In this document: one piece after another, positions 50,390 through 60,325 of the stretch
Layout of the letters: each line of letters opens with the position of its first letter
Position numbering within the stretch: position 1 is the first letter of the stretch
Origin: Candidatus Hydrogenedentota bacterium
GTDB taxonomy: Bacteria > Hydrogenedentota > Hydrogenedentia > Hydrogenedentales > SLHB01
NCBI GenBank assembly: GCA_963674865.2
Contig: CAXXYE010000002.1
Location: 1-64,000, forward strand
Reading direction: 5' to 3'
DNA: 64,000 nt
Notes under the pieces: model-generated
What the model was told of the DNA's origin: nothing
The model's input: the letters and a program-made list of their open reading frames with translations, nothing else
The model's database searches: none
Translations under genes and position numbers: made by a program

Positions 50390-51589
50390 ATGAGCATGTT
50401 CTATGAATTCCTAACACCGGATGTAGTTAGGGCAGTTCTTACGAACGCACTTGGAACATTATGTGGTGGCATGAGTTTGGCGCTCTTCGCTTTCTTCTTT
50501 GGGGATTGGCTATTCGGAATTCCAAATGTTCACGGCCACTGGTACTTCGTAACCGAGACAACGAGAGCACGGAAAAGTGATTACAAAGGCATGCGCGTAA
50601 CCTACAAGGCTCTCCTTCGACAGGAAGGTAGCCACATCGAGGGCAGTGGCGAGAAGGTCATGGATCAAACGGCTGACGGGCTTGAGACTATCTTCGAGTT
50701 CAGCAAACGCGTCCAGGTTAAGATCTCTGGCTGTGTCAGAAAGCGATACTTAGGCAGATCCCAAGTTCTCATTCATATCGAAGAAGACGGTAGGCAGCGG
50801 CCTACCTCAGCCCTTCATACTCTGGCCAGAAAGAATGGCGACCTTCTCGGCGGGACGTTCACATGGACGGCCTCAGATAGCTATGGAGGAGTCGTATGGA
50901 GCCGGTGGCTTCCGGTGGCACCGTCCGATATCGTCCATAAGCGTACTCGGAAAGTCCGCTCAATTGACAAGACTCTCGCAGGAATTGTGTTCGTAGTGGG
51001 AAGGATGTTGGTAGCTATGAACGCATTTGGCTTGCACGACAGACAGGACGAGCTCTTGCGCGCGTGTCAGTCACTTGACTTCACGAGAGCCCCGTCTCTG
51101 GCGGTCGACATGCTTGGACTCGGAGAGGACAGAAGGTACTACTCTCATGCTGGAATTGATCCGCGAGGTATTGCGCGCGCTATATGGATGTTTCTGAAGA
51201 AGAACGAACGTCAAGGCGGCAGCACCATCGAGCAACAATTTGTGAGGACACTGACGAGCGACTTCGAGTACACAGTAGTCCGGAAGGTGCGCGAGATGGC
51301 GCTTGCGACTCTTATCAGCAGAAGGACACCAAAATCCCGTATCGCGCATTTATATCTCTCCGTCGCACATTTCGGATATAGGATGGAGGGCATCGATGCA
51401 GCATGTAAGAGTCTGGGAAAGGATGTGGAGAGCCTAAGCCCTTCTGATGCAGCCGAACTCATAGCGAGGCTCAAGTATCCGCAGCCAAAGGATGTTACTC
51501 CCGTTTGGGAGGAGAAGCTCAAACGAAGGACAAAGCATCTTCTGAGTCTTTATCAAGGGGATGCAGGGAGAACTGACACGATTTCGTAG
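50390..51589 (+). CDS. Fusion: N-terminal TM plus beta-rich domain and C-terminal GT51 peptidoglycan transglycosylase domain
   Basis: EDRRYYSHAGID, QGGSTIEQQFVR, RKVRE, YLSVAHFG, GIDAA; visibly lower GC. Confidence 0.85.
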   Translation: MSMFYEFLTPDVVRAVLTNALGTLCGGMSLALFAFFFGDWLFGIPNVHGHWYFVTETTRARKSDYKGMRVTYKALLRQEGSHIEGSGEKVMDQTADGLETIFEFSKRVQVKISGCVRKRYLGRSQVLIHIEEDGRQRPTSALHTLARKNGDLLGGTFTWTASDSYGGVVWSRWLPVAPSDIVHKRTRKVRSIDKTLAGIVFVVGRMLVAMNAFGLHDRQDELLRACQSLDFTRAPSLAVDMLGLGEDRRYYSHAGIDPRGIARAIWMFLKKNERQGGSTIEQQFVRTLTSDFEYTVVRKVREMALATLISRRTPKSRIAHLYLSVAHFGYRMEGIDAACKSLGKDVESLSPSDAAELIARLKYPQPKDVTPVWEEKLKRRTKHLLSLYQGDAGRTDTIS

Positions 51590-51805
51590 TCCAGCGGAAG
51601 ACTGCGGAGGCGGATGCATATCCGGTGAATGTGGGATTGTCAGGACACGCCACGCAACTCCCGTCATCCGCTCGTAAAGCCCTTATATTGCTTAGGATAC
51701 GAAGGCCTAAGATCGCGTGGCACCGCGCGCCTTGACAACTCCCATGTGCGGCGGGCTTTAATAGGTGCGTTGCCGGACGGGGCCTCGAGCTGGAAAGGAA
51801 GAATC

Positions 51806-52846
51806 ATGCGAAGGGCGTTTTTGTTGAGGGCTTATGTCTTTATCGTTGTCGCGGTGCTTGTAGCTTGCGGCGTGTGTGCCGGGGGGGCGGCGTCGGCCGA
51901 TGGGAAGGCCGGGAAGCTGCGCTTCAATGAAGACGGGCGTTTTCGCATCGTCCAGTTTACGGACATTCACTGGAAGGCCGGCGAGGAGGATGATCAGAAG
52001 TCGATTGCCTTGATGGGTACGGTGCTCGATATCGAAAAGCCGGATCTCGTGGTGCTGACGGGCGATATCCTTGGCGGGGGCAAGTGCAAGGCGCCTGGGG
52101 CCGGGCTGCAGGCCTGCGCCGCGCCGATGATTGAGCGGGGGATTCCGTGGGCGTTGGCCTTCGGCAATCACGATGACGAGTCCACCATGAGCCGTGATGA
52201 ACTCATGAAGCTGGCGCGCAGTCTGCCTTACGGCGTTTCTCAACGCGGCCCTCGGGATATCACCGGCGTGAGTAATTATGTCCTGCCGGTGCGCGCGTCG
52301 AAAGGCCGGAAGCAGGCCGCGACCATCTATTGCATCGACTCGAACAGCTATTATTACGTGGGCGAGGAAAGAGACGGCTACGACTGGATTCATCCGGATC
52401 AGATTCACTGGTATCTAAAGAAGGCCGAGGGCATCCGGAAGCGGAGCGGGGGAGAACTCCTGCCGGCCCTGGCGTTTTTTCACATCCCGATTCCGGAATA
52501 CAAAGATGTTTGGGATGCCGGCGGGTGCGTGGGCTCCAAGTACGAGGATGTGTGTTCTCCGAAGGTGAATTCGGGCTTCTTTGCCGCCTTATTCGAGGCC
52601 GGGGATGTGATGGGCACCTTCGTCGGGCATGATCATGTGAATGATTATGAGGGCGCGCTGCGCGGCATTCGGCTGTGTTACGGCCGGGGCAGCGGGTTCC
52701 GCGCTTACGGGCGAGAGGGATTCCCGCGCGGGGCGCGGGTGATCGAGCTTATCGAGGGGCAGCGCGTCTTTGCCACTTGGCTCCGTCTTGAAGGCGGCAA
52801 GAAGCTTGTGCTGTGTGAGGATCAGCCGGCGGCCGGTGAGCGGTAG
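51806..52846 (+). CDS. Secreted metallophosphoesterase (Dcr2-like)
   Basis: QFTDIH, TGD, GNHD, FFHIP, GHDHVND, GARVIE. Confidence 0.92.
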   Translation: MRRAFLLRAYVFIVVAVLVACGVCAGGAASADGKAGKLRFNEDGRFRIVQFTDIHWKAGEEDDQKSIALMGTVLDIEKPDLVVLTGDILGGGKCKAPGAGLQACAAPMIERGIPWALAFGNHDDESTMSRDELMKLARSLPYGVSQRGPRDITGVSNYVLPVRASKGRKQAATIYCIDSNSYYYVGEERDGYDWIHPDQIHWYLKKAEGIRKRSGGELLPALAFFHIPIPEYKDVWDAGGCVGSKYEDVCSPKVNSGFFAALFEAGDVMGTFVGHDHVNDYEGALRGIRLCYGRGSGFRAYGREGFPRGARVIELIEGQRVFATWLRLEGGKKLVLCEDQPAAGER

Positions 52847-52862
52847 GCGGGGAGAGTGGGCG

Positions 52863-53531
52863 ATGAGAAGTCAGCGATACGAAGAATTGACCGCGCACGA
52901 ATTGAGTGCAGCACTGGCCGAGACGTCACTCGTGTACGTGCCAATCGGCTCCCTTGAATTCCACGGGCCTCACCTCCCTCTCGGGCTGGACACTATTCAC
53001 GCCTACGAGTTTTGTAGGTGCGTTGCGGAGCAAACAGGCGGCGTGTTGTTGCCCCCTACGTATTGGAATGCGAACGGGCACGTTGGGTGGAAGGGGAGCC
53101 TTCTCATCCGAGATAGCACCTTCTGTTCACTTGTTAGCGATATCCTACGGCTGCTCGCCGAGCAAGAGGTGAGGCTTGCGGTCCTATGCACCGGGCATTG
53201 GCCGGCCAAGCAGGGCGCAGCCATTGCCGCTCTTGCCGAGAAGGCAATGAAGGAAGTGACAGACTCCCCCAAGATTCTTGTGCTTGATCCATTTGGCTGT
53301 AATCCAATCGATACGGATCCCGGCCATGCCGGCAAGAAGGAAACATCGCTCATGCTTGCGCTGCGGCCTGAAATGGTGCACATGAGCAAGCTTTCAGAAA
53401 GTGAGAACGCCTACGACGGGATCGGGAAGGACGCGGCTGAGGCTTCCGCCGACTACGGAAAGGAGTACTTTGCGGCCTCGGTGCAGAATTGCGTTCGCAT
53501 TGTGAGCGAGGAACTTGCTCGCTTGCGGTAA
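52863..53531 (+). CDS. Creatininase family amidohydrolase
   Basis: PIGSLEFHGPHLPLGLD, GH, HAG..ETS. Confidence 0.9.
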   Translation: MRSQRYEELTAHELSAALAETSLVYVPIGSLEFHGPHLPLGLDTIHAYEFCRCVAEQTGGVLLPPTYWNANGHVGWKGSLLIRDSTFCSLVSDILRLLAEQEVRLAVLCTGHWPAKQGAAIAALAEKAMKEVTDSPKILVLDPFGCNPIDTDPGHAGKKETSLMLALRPEMVHMSKLSESENAYDGIGKDAAEASADYGKEYFAASVQNCVRIVSEELARLR

Positions 53532-53657
53532 TCTCGACGCGAAGGCTGCGCCGAGCGCAAGGAGGACTATCTGAAGGTCCGGCTAGACGCCGTCATCTAG
53601 CAATGCTCCAAACCTGTCGGCGCACGTTGACAAATAGTCCAGAAATGGGTTCGCAGC

Positions 53658-55157
53658 ATGGGAATCTTTCTAATAGCGTTTGCCATGGTCGCGGTTTTTT
53701 CTATGGCGGCAATTTGTCTTAGAGCGGAAGCTCAAGAAACTCCGCATCTAGGCCGCGTGTTCGACCTTTCCGAGACGCCGATGGTCAATGTTCTCGGCCC
53801 GCCCGATTTGCCGAAGTCAATGGACACGATGCCTTTCTATCACGAGGGCGTTTGGCATCTGTTTCATATGCAAAACGGTGGCGCCCTCGCCCACAGAACA
53901 AGCCGCGATCTGGTCCGCTGGCGCGTTGAACGCGTGGCTCTCTGGAGCGGGGGGCGGGGTGAGGCGGATGCCAATATTGCAACGGGTACCGTGGTAAGAG
54001 GCCATGATGGGCGTTTCTACTATTTCTACACCGGCAACCAGAACGTCTGCCTGGCAACCAGCGATGATCTTTATTCATGGGAAAAGCATAAGGGCAATCC
54101 CGTTCTTGTGGGCGATGATGTCGGAGCCTCTCGCCTGAACTTCCGCGATCCATTCGTCTTCTACAACGATGAAGAGGCGTGCTGGTGGATGCTCATCGGG
54201 TCGCAGGCGCCAGGCCGATTCTATCAACGTTCGGGCTGCGTGGCGTTGGCTAAGAGTCGGGATCTTCTTGAATGGACGCTAACGGCTCCGCTTTGGGCGC
54301 CAGGTTTTGGACAGCAGTGCGATTGCCCGCAGGTGCTGCAGCACGGGGGGCATTGGTACCTGTTCACGCTGGATAGAAACGCGCATTACCGAGTGGCGAA
54401 GAGCTTGAAGGGGCCATGGCAGCGGCCACCCATTCGGAGCTGGCTTCCGTATCCCACCTTTGCTATGTCGCGCCCTGCAACCGATGGTGTGCGATGGATA
54501 ACGTTTCCTTTTATGTGCAACCGCGCAGGCGATGATGATCTGGGCGATATCGTCCAAGGCAGGCTCTATTCCGTTCCTCGCGAGTTGGCTTTTCGGCAGG
54601 ACGGCGCCTTGACGGAACACGTGCCGCGCGAGGTGGTGGATGCGATTCTCGCCAAGCCTGAGCTGGAAGGAGAGGTCCTCAAAGACGCCGAGGACGTTGT
54701 CGGAGAATGGCGCATCTTGGGCAATACGCTGGAGTCACCATCAAGCGAAGCCGGCCTCTTACGGTTAGGGACATTGCCTGCCGATTTCTATCTGGAAGCC
54801 TGGCTTGAGCTATCGACTAGCAACATGGACTGCTCGGTGCTGTTCCGCGCCGCCGGCGATATGAGCTTTGCGTATGTGCTGGATTTCCGGCCTGGGGAAA
54901 AGCAGCTTGTCTTGCGGCCCTACAAGAACTGGGACAACCGAGCCGCTCTTGCGACGAATTACTGCGAGATGCCCATCGGGCGGCGAATGAAGTTGCGCCT
55001 GTTTGTCTTTGAGACTGCGATGGAGGTGTTTGTCGACGATAAGTGGTCGTTGTCTCACAGTGTCTACCAACGCAGGGGCAACGACGTCTTCATCGAGCAT
55101 CGTGATGGGAGCATGGCGCTGTCGGACATCAGAATTAGGGCGCTTGGAGGAAGGTGA
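53658..55157 (+). CDS. Glycoside hydrolase family 32-like (beta-propeller plus beta-sandwich)
   Basis: DTMPFY...WHLF, TSRDL..W, FRDPFVF, CDCP, EVFVDD. Confidence 0.8.
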   Translation: MGIFLIAFAMVAVFSMAAICLRAEAQETPHLGRVFDLSETPMVNVLGPPDLPKSMDTMPFYHEGVWHLFHMQNGGALAHRTSRDLVRWRVERVALWSGGRGEADANIATGTVVRGHDGRFYYFYTGNQNVCLATSDDLYSWEKHKGNPVLVGDDVGASRLNFRDPFVFYNDEEACWWMLIGSQAPGRFYQRSGCVALAKSRDLLEWTLTAPLWAPGFGQQCDCPQVLQHGGHWYLFTLDRNAHYRVAKSLKGPWQRPPIRSWLPYPTFAMSRPATDGVRWITFPFMCNRAGDDDLGDIVQGRLYSVPRELAFRQDGALTEHVPREVVDAILAKPELEGEVLKDAEDVVGEWRILGNTLESPSSEAGLLRLGTLPADFYLEAWLELSTSNMDCSVLFRAAGDMSFAYVLDFRPGEKQLVLRPYKNWDNRAALATNYCEMPIGRRMKLRLFVFETAMEVFVDDKWSLSHSVYQRRGNDVFIEHRDGSMALSDIRIRALGGR

Positions 55158-55281
55158 GTTCAGGGGGACGTTCTCCGGGGCGATAGGTGCCGCAGCCGAT
55201 TGGCGAAGGGGAGACTGCCGGACGCGGAACTCAATCCATCCATCGCGCCGCGCTCCCGCGCGTGTGCGGCCGGGCGGCCCC

Positions 55282-55854
55282 CTATGAGCCATTCTCTATC
55301 ACGTGGCGGTGAACGGCCTCGTATACATCGTCTTCGGTGCCTGTAGCATCCACGAAGTGGACTTCCGGCCGGTTGAGTTCCTGCAGAAATCGCCAGATGT
55401 CCAAGTGCTTCTGATCTGAGGTGTAGACATGCGGCGGGTCGTAGTGGCCGGGCCTCGCCTGATAGCGGCTTCGGATGCGCGTCATGCAGTGTTTGCGGAG
55501 ACAACGGAGAATGACGGGAAGGAATACGGTGGACGGATGCCGCTCAACGATGCCGTCCAGATGGCGCCAGTGGAATGGCCATCCGAGCGAGAGGTCCAGG
55601 ATCACCGATATACCGGATTGGATGACGTCTTCACACAACTTGAACAGGAGTTCGTATGCGAGCCAGTAGGCATCGATGTCATTGCCCTTTGTTGCCGCCG
55701 AGTCCTTGATGGCGTGGCCGATGGTGTCTGAGCTAAGTCTTGGAATGCGAAAGTCGGCGGAGAGTCGTTTCGATACGGCCGTCTTGCCGGTTCCTGCGAA
55801 GCCGCCTATGGCGATAAGCAGGGGCCCGTGGGCGGGTGTTGGTGGTTCATTCAT
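55282..55854 (-). CDS. P-loop nucleotide-kinase-like protein (AAA_33 type)
   Basis: IGGFAGTGKT, SSD, SVILD. Confidence 0.8.
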   Translation of the reverse strand: MNEPPTPAHGPLLIAIGGFAGTGKTAVSKRLSADFRIPRLSSDTIGHAIKDSAATKGNDIDAYWLAYELLFKLCEDVIQSGISVILDLSLGWPFHWRHLDGIVERHPSTVFLPVILRCLRKHCMTRIRSRYQARPGHYDPPHVYTSDQKHLDIWRFLQELNRPEVHFVDATGTEDDVYEAVHRHVIENGS

Positions 55855-56015
55855 GTTTTCAGCACGTTTCCCCACGGTTTGCAGGTGCAGTGTATCACAG
55901 CACTCGTGAAGGGGATGCGTCCTGCTTGGGCCGTGCAGAGACGGCCGCACGAGCCGCAGGCGGAAGAAGTAATTATGTATTGTGTCCCCTTATTTCCTTA
56001 TTTCCCCATTTCTCC

Positions 56016-57742
56016 TTATTTCTCAGGGAAGGTCAATCCCGCCAGCGGCTTGCCGTCAAGGTCCGTAAACCGCATGAAGAAGCCCCACTCCCCTTTGCGG
56101 TTGTAGTTCTTCACCAAGAGGGTGGATTGTCCCTCAGGGAGTTCGACTTCGACGATGTCGGTGTCCTCTTGGACGCCGCGGACGCCGGAAAAGCGGTATA
56201 TCTCTTTTCCGTTTAGCCATATGACGGCGTCGTCGTCTGATCCTACGCGCATCTGAACTCGTTGCGTCCGAGGGCTGACGACTTCGCACGTCGCATAGGC
56301 CACGCAGTGGGTGGTCAGGTGATCGTCTCCGAAGAGAGGTGTCAGGTACATGAATCCTGCCGCAGACTGACGTTCGATCCAACTAGTCTTCCCGCGCTGC
56401 CCCGCATAGACGCCGGCCAGGTCAATGCCTTCCTCCGGCGGAAAGACAGCGTTGAGGTATTCGTCGTTGGCATCGTGAAAGGGGGCAATTACACGCCAAG
56501 CGGGCGCTAAGCCGGGCACCGTGCGAGGGGTCTCCCAGAATCCCGCGGGCTCGATGCGACGCTGCGCCAGTTCCGTCGGTTCGGGTGCTACCGTGAGTCC
56601 GCCAGTGGAGCGGAGCTCCTCGCCGGCCTCCCGCATTACGTTCTTCATGTGCGTGTAGTCGGCCCAACCTTGAATCGTATCGGAGGTCTCGCATTTGAAG
56701 GCGATCAGTCCGCAAGCCCCCTCGCGTACATAGTCCTCCATCTCCTCGCGTAGTTGCGCACTGGTGGGCATGGCATGGTTCCCCGTCGGATATCCGAACG
56801 CCTGTTGGACGCCAATGAAGGGGATTCCGGGAACACGCTCTCGCGCCGTCATGAGCATTCTTTGGAGATAGAAGGGTATGCGTTCGCGCTGATATCCCCG
56901 CCAGCGAGCCGGATAGATATACACCATCATCACGTCGCAGACGCCCGGCCCAAAATAGTGCAGGGGGCCGAGAAGGCTGTAGCCGGCACAGACAGGGTGG
57001 CTCGGGTTCGGATCAATGCGTTTGACGAGTGCATACAGGGCGCGCAAACCGGACAGGACATCTCCAGGTGGGTCATCGAGGACGTAGTAACCGAACAGGT
57101 TCGGCGAGTCCTTGATCTCTTCTATTTCAGCCGCGCACTTGTCGGGGAAAAAAAGATGAATGCCTTCGTGGTGGGCAGTCGGCTCGGTGCCTCTGAATCC
57201 TCGCTGAGCGTCGCGTAGTTCGGCCTCACCTCTCGACGCATAGCGGATCAGCTCGTCCTCCAGTTGGATAACGCCGGATTCCGGGAGGGCGTTCGCTTTG
57301 GGGAAGAGCAGGGGAATGACGGTTTGCTCCGCGGTAACGGGCGCCGCCAAACGGGGCCTCCCGTAGATATGCCTTGTCAGGGAAACCATGACTTTGATTC
57401 CGTGCTCGCGGCAGTAGGCCCCTTCCGGGGTCGCGGTATCCAGGTGCTCTCGCTTCCCAAAGACCACGTTCATTCCGATGTCGTGGCCGCCGCGAGCCCG
57501 GCCGGGGTTTCCCCACCGTACGTCCCAAAGACAGGTTGCCCGTTCACAGGGAATGCCGTGTGGAGTTTCAGGAACCCGCTCGTTGCTGAACGAGACTCCT
57601 CTTCGAGAACCGGCAATCCACGTTCAAGCGGATCGGCCGACCCTTCCGTCTCAGGAAGCACGCTGTTGTCTGCCATGGCTAACCCTCCCCATATGATCGC
57701 CGTCAGCGAAGCCACCGTGAGGAGGATGTGTTTGATGGACAT
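56016..57742 (-). pseudogene. Secreted glycoside-hydrolase-like protein with C-terminal carbohydrate-binding/PA14-like domain, split by a 1-nt frameshift near 57485
   Basis: 57470..57742 carries the signal peptide. Adding one C gives AAAHDIGMNVVF, joining it to 56016..57473 (FGYYVLDDP; GSDDDAVIWLNG). Confidence 0.7.
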
Positions 57743-58070
57743 TGTTCCCCCCTTCTGTCCGCGTTCCAACCGGCTGATGAACTCCGATTTGTGGGCCGCA
57801 GTATACGTGAGCATATGTGCTGTCGGCAAACGTCGTCTCATGGCTCGTCATGAAGCCGGAAGAGCCTTATTCACCCACGATGACACGGCCTCCCCGTGGT
57901 TTGCCCGTTGCTCAACAGGCCATCGGTCATTGGCCGACCGGACACCATATATAGAAAGTATATGCGGTCGGGCAAGGTCTTTGTACAATATGTAGTGTTT
58001 TGGGCTTTTGCCATCGCCGTAAGCCGTTGATACGAAACAAGAAGAGACACGGGGCCGGGCCATTTTTTTG

Positions 58071-58130
58071 TTGACTAATGGGGCGTGAGGTGGTAGAGTC
58101 GAGTCGTCAAGTGGGGCAGAGTGGTAGGAA
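58071..58130 (+). promoter_or_regulatory. dcw promoter region with MraZ-type GTGG direct repeats
   Basis: TTGACT at 58071; (a/g)TGGGGC....GTGGTAG occurs twice. Confidence 0.65.
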
Positions 58131-58143
58131 AGGGCGAAAAGCC

Positions 58144-58647
58144 GTGTATTTTGGGGAGAGCCAGACGCGCCTGGATGATAAGGGGCGGATCACGGTGCCG
58201 CGGCGGATGCGCGACACAATGCGCGTCTTGGGCCATGATGTCTGGTACATGACGCAGGGCTTCGATCACGCGGTTTTTCTCTTCCACCGGGATGAGTGGA
58301 ACAAGATACGGGGCCAGGTGAGCCGTTACTCCTCGATGGATGCGCGGGCGCTGGATTTTCGGCGCCTGCTTTTCGGGAGCGTCGCGGAGGTGCGTGTGGA
58401 TCGTCAAGGGCGGGTGCCCGTGGCGCCGCACCTTCGGGAGCACGCCGGGTTGGATGAGAAGGGGGACAGCGAGGCGGTCCTTATCGGCGTGGACGATCAT
58501 CTTGAATTGTGGAGCAAGAATGCTTGGCGGGCATTCAAGGATAGTCAAGAGGCGGACTTCAAGGAGATGGCGACCCGGTTGTTTGTGGGAGAACAGGGCG
58601 GGGACGCCCCAAGCGAGGAGAAAGGTGGGCCAGGAGATGATCATTGA
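58144..58647 (+). CDS. mraZ: Transcriptional regulator MraZ
   Basis: LDDKGRITVP, VDRQGRV, IGVDDHLELW. Confidence 0.95.
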   Translation: MYFGESQTRLDDKGRITVPRRMRDTMRVLGHDVWYMTQGFDHAVFLFHRDEWNKIRGQVSRYSSMDARALDFRRLLFGSVAEVRVDRQGRVPVAPHLREHAGLDEKGDSEAVLIGVDDHLELWSKNAWRAFKDSQEADFKEMATRLFVGEQGGDAPSEEKGGPGDDH

Positions 58648-58981
58648 TCGCGTTGACATGGGGAGTGCGACGGTACTGCGCCTGGAAGGGGATATCGACG
58701 AGCAAGGGGTGAAAGAGCTCCGGGCTTTCCTCTTGGGCTGCATCAAGGAAGGCCGACACAACCTGATCGTGAACCTGCGTGACGTGAAGTACATCAGCTA
58801 CATGGGCGTGGGGGTGTTGGTGGAGCGTTTGCGCCAGTGCCGTCTTTTCAACGGCGATATGAAGCTGACAGGGATGAACCTTTACTCCCAGCGGCTTTTC
58901 CGCATGGTGGGCGTCACGTCGGTATTCGACACGTACGAGAGCGAAAACCAGGCGGTTCAGGTATTCCAAGAGGCCGCGTAG
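58637..58981 (+). CDS. STAS domain (anti-anti-sigma-like) protein
   Basis: VLRLEGDID, LIVNLRDVKYISYMGVGVL, LFRMVG...F..YESE..A; overlaps the mraZ stop. Confidence 0.88.
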   Translation: MIIDRVDMGSATVLRLEGDIDEQGVKELRAFLLGCIKEGRHNLIVNLRDVKYISYMGVGVLVERLRQCRLFNGDMKLTGMNLYSQRLFRMVGVTSVFDTYESENQAVQVFQEAA

Positions 58982-58984
58982 GCG

Positions 58985-59920
58985 GTGCACGTTCCCGTTC
59001 TTGCCGAATCCGCGTTGGCATGGTTAGATGTGCGCGAGGGCGGGACTTACGTTGATTGTACGGCGGGCGGAGGGGGCCATGCCGAAGGGATTGCCCGTCG
59101 CCTTACGCAGGGGCGGCTGATCGCGCTGGATCGCGATCCGGCGGCGGTGGCGAAAGCCAGCGAGCGACTGTCCGCGTTTCCCTGCGCGAAGGTCCTCCAC
59201 CGCAATTATGGTGAGTTGGGCGAGGTCTTGGACGAACTCGCTTTGACGTGTGTGGATGGTGTTCTGTTTGATCTAGGCATTTCGAGCATGCAACTTGACA
59301 CGCCGCATCGAGGATTCTCCTTCCAGGCGGATGGGCCGCTGGACATGCGGATGGATACGTCGTCGGGAGTGACTGCCGCGGAATTGCTGATGACGCTGGA
59401 TGAGCGGGCGCTGGCGCGCCTGCTGCGCGAGTATGGCGATGTGCGGCCGGCCAAGCGCATTGCGGCGGCGATACGCCGGCGCACCGCGGGGGCGGGGATC
59501 GCGACGACGGGCGACTTGAAGCAGGCGGTTGAGGAGGCCTTGGATTTCGTCAAGGGCGTGCCGGAAGAGGTGCGCACGGTTTTCCAGGCGCTCCGCATGG
59601 CCGTGAATGAGGAGTTGCGCTGGCTCAAGAGCGGGCTGGAGCAGGCCATTGATGTATTGGCGCCCGGCGGGCGGCTCGTTACTATCGCTTTTCACAGCGG
59701 CGAGGACAGGATCGTCAAAATGGTGACGCGGGCGGCGTCGCGCCCCCGGCATGAGCGCTATCCTGACGGGCGGACACGGGCGGTTTTCCCCGCTCGTCTG
59801 AAGGTGCTGACGCGCAAGCCAATCGGCCCGGACGCGGCGGAGATCAGTGCGAATCCCCGGGCGCATAGCGCCCGGCTGCGCGCTTTCGAGAAACTGGCGG
59901 AGGAGGGAGGGTGCTCATGA
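58985..59920 (+). CDS. rsmH: 16S rRNA C1402 N4-methyltransferase
   Basis: HVPVL, DCTAGGGGH, DLGISSMQLD, PLDMRMD, FQALRMAVNEE, NPRAHSARLR. Confidence 0.97.
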   Translation: MHVPVLAESALAWLDVREGGTYVDCTAGGGGHAEGIARRLTQGRLIALDRDPAAVAKASERLSAFPCAKVLHRNYGELGEVLDELALTCVDGVLFDLGISSMQLDTPHRGFSFQADGPLDMRMDTSSGVTAAELLMTLDERALARLLREYGDVRPAKRIAAAIRRRTAGAGIATTGDLKQAVEEALDFVKGVPEEVRTVFQALRMAVNEELRWLKSGLEQAIDVLAPGGRLVTIAFHSGEDRIVKMVTRAASRPRHERYPDGRTRAVFPARLKVLTRKPIGPDAAEISANPRAHSARLRAFEKLAEEGGCS

Positions 59921-60291
59921 GACGGGCAACGCGGACGCATCGATATAGGATTGCCCTGCGGGGCTGGTTGAAGTGGACGCCTTTCTTGGTGATGCCTTTC
60001 TCTGTGTTGTTTGTCGAGACGCAGTTGCACGTGAAGATTCTGGCCAAAGACTATGAGATCTCGGCGGTCAAGCGGCAGATCCGGGCGTGCGAGCAGGCCA
60101 TCGAGCAACTCGAAGAAGAGGAATTGAAGCTGAAGGCCATGGATCGGATGGCGGCCAAGGCGCTTGAATTGAACCTTGTCGAGCCGGAGGTGAACCAGAT
60201 CCAAGTGGTTCGCAGGGAGGCGCCTGAGGATTCCGCGCCGATTGCGCGGCCCGACATGGCTTTGGCGAGTCTTGCGAGGCCCTTCGAGTAA
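59917..60291 (+). CDS. ftsL: Cell division protein FtsL-like
   Basis: Position between rsmH and ftsI; TM plus coiled coil. Confidence 0.7.
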   Translation: MRRATRTHRYRIALRGWLKWTPFLVMPFSVLFVETQLHVKILAKDYEISAVKRQIRACEQAIEQLEEEELKLKAMDRMAAKALELNLVEPEVNQIQVVRREAPEDSAPIARPDMALASLARPFE

Positions 60292-60325
60292 GAGGGGCGC
60301 GGCCGAAATGGAAGTGGGGTGAATT

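Noticed and set aside
50390..51589. Complete CBASS system or class A PBP
   Set aside because: No CD-NTase adjacent and no transpeptidase domain.
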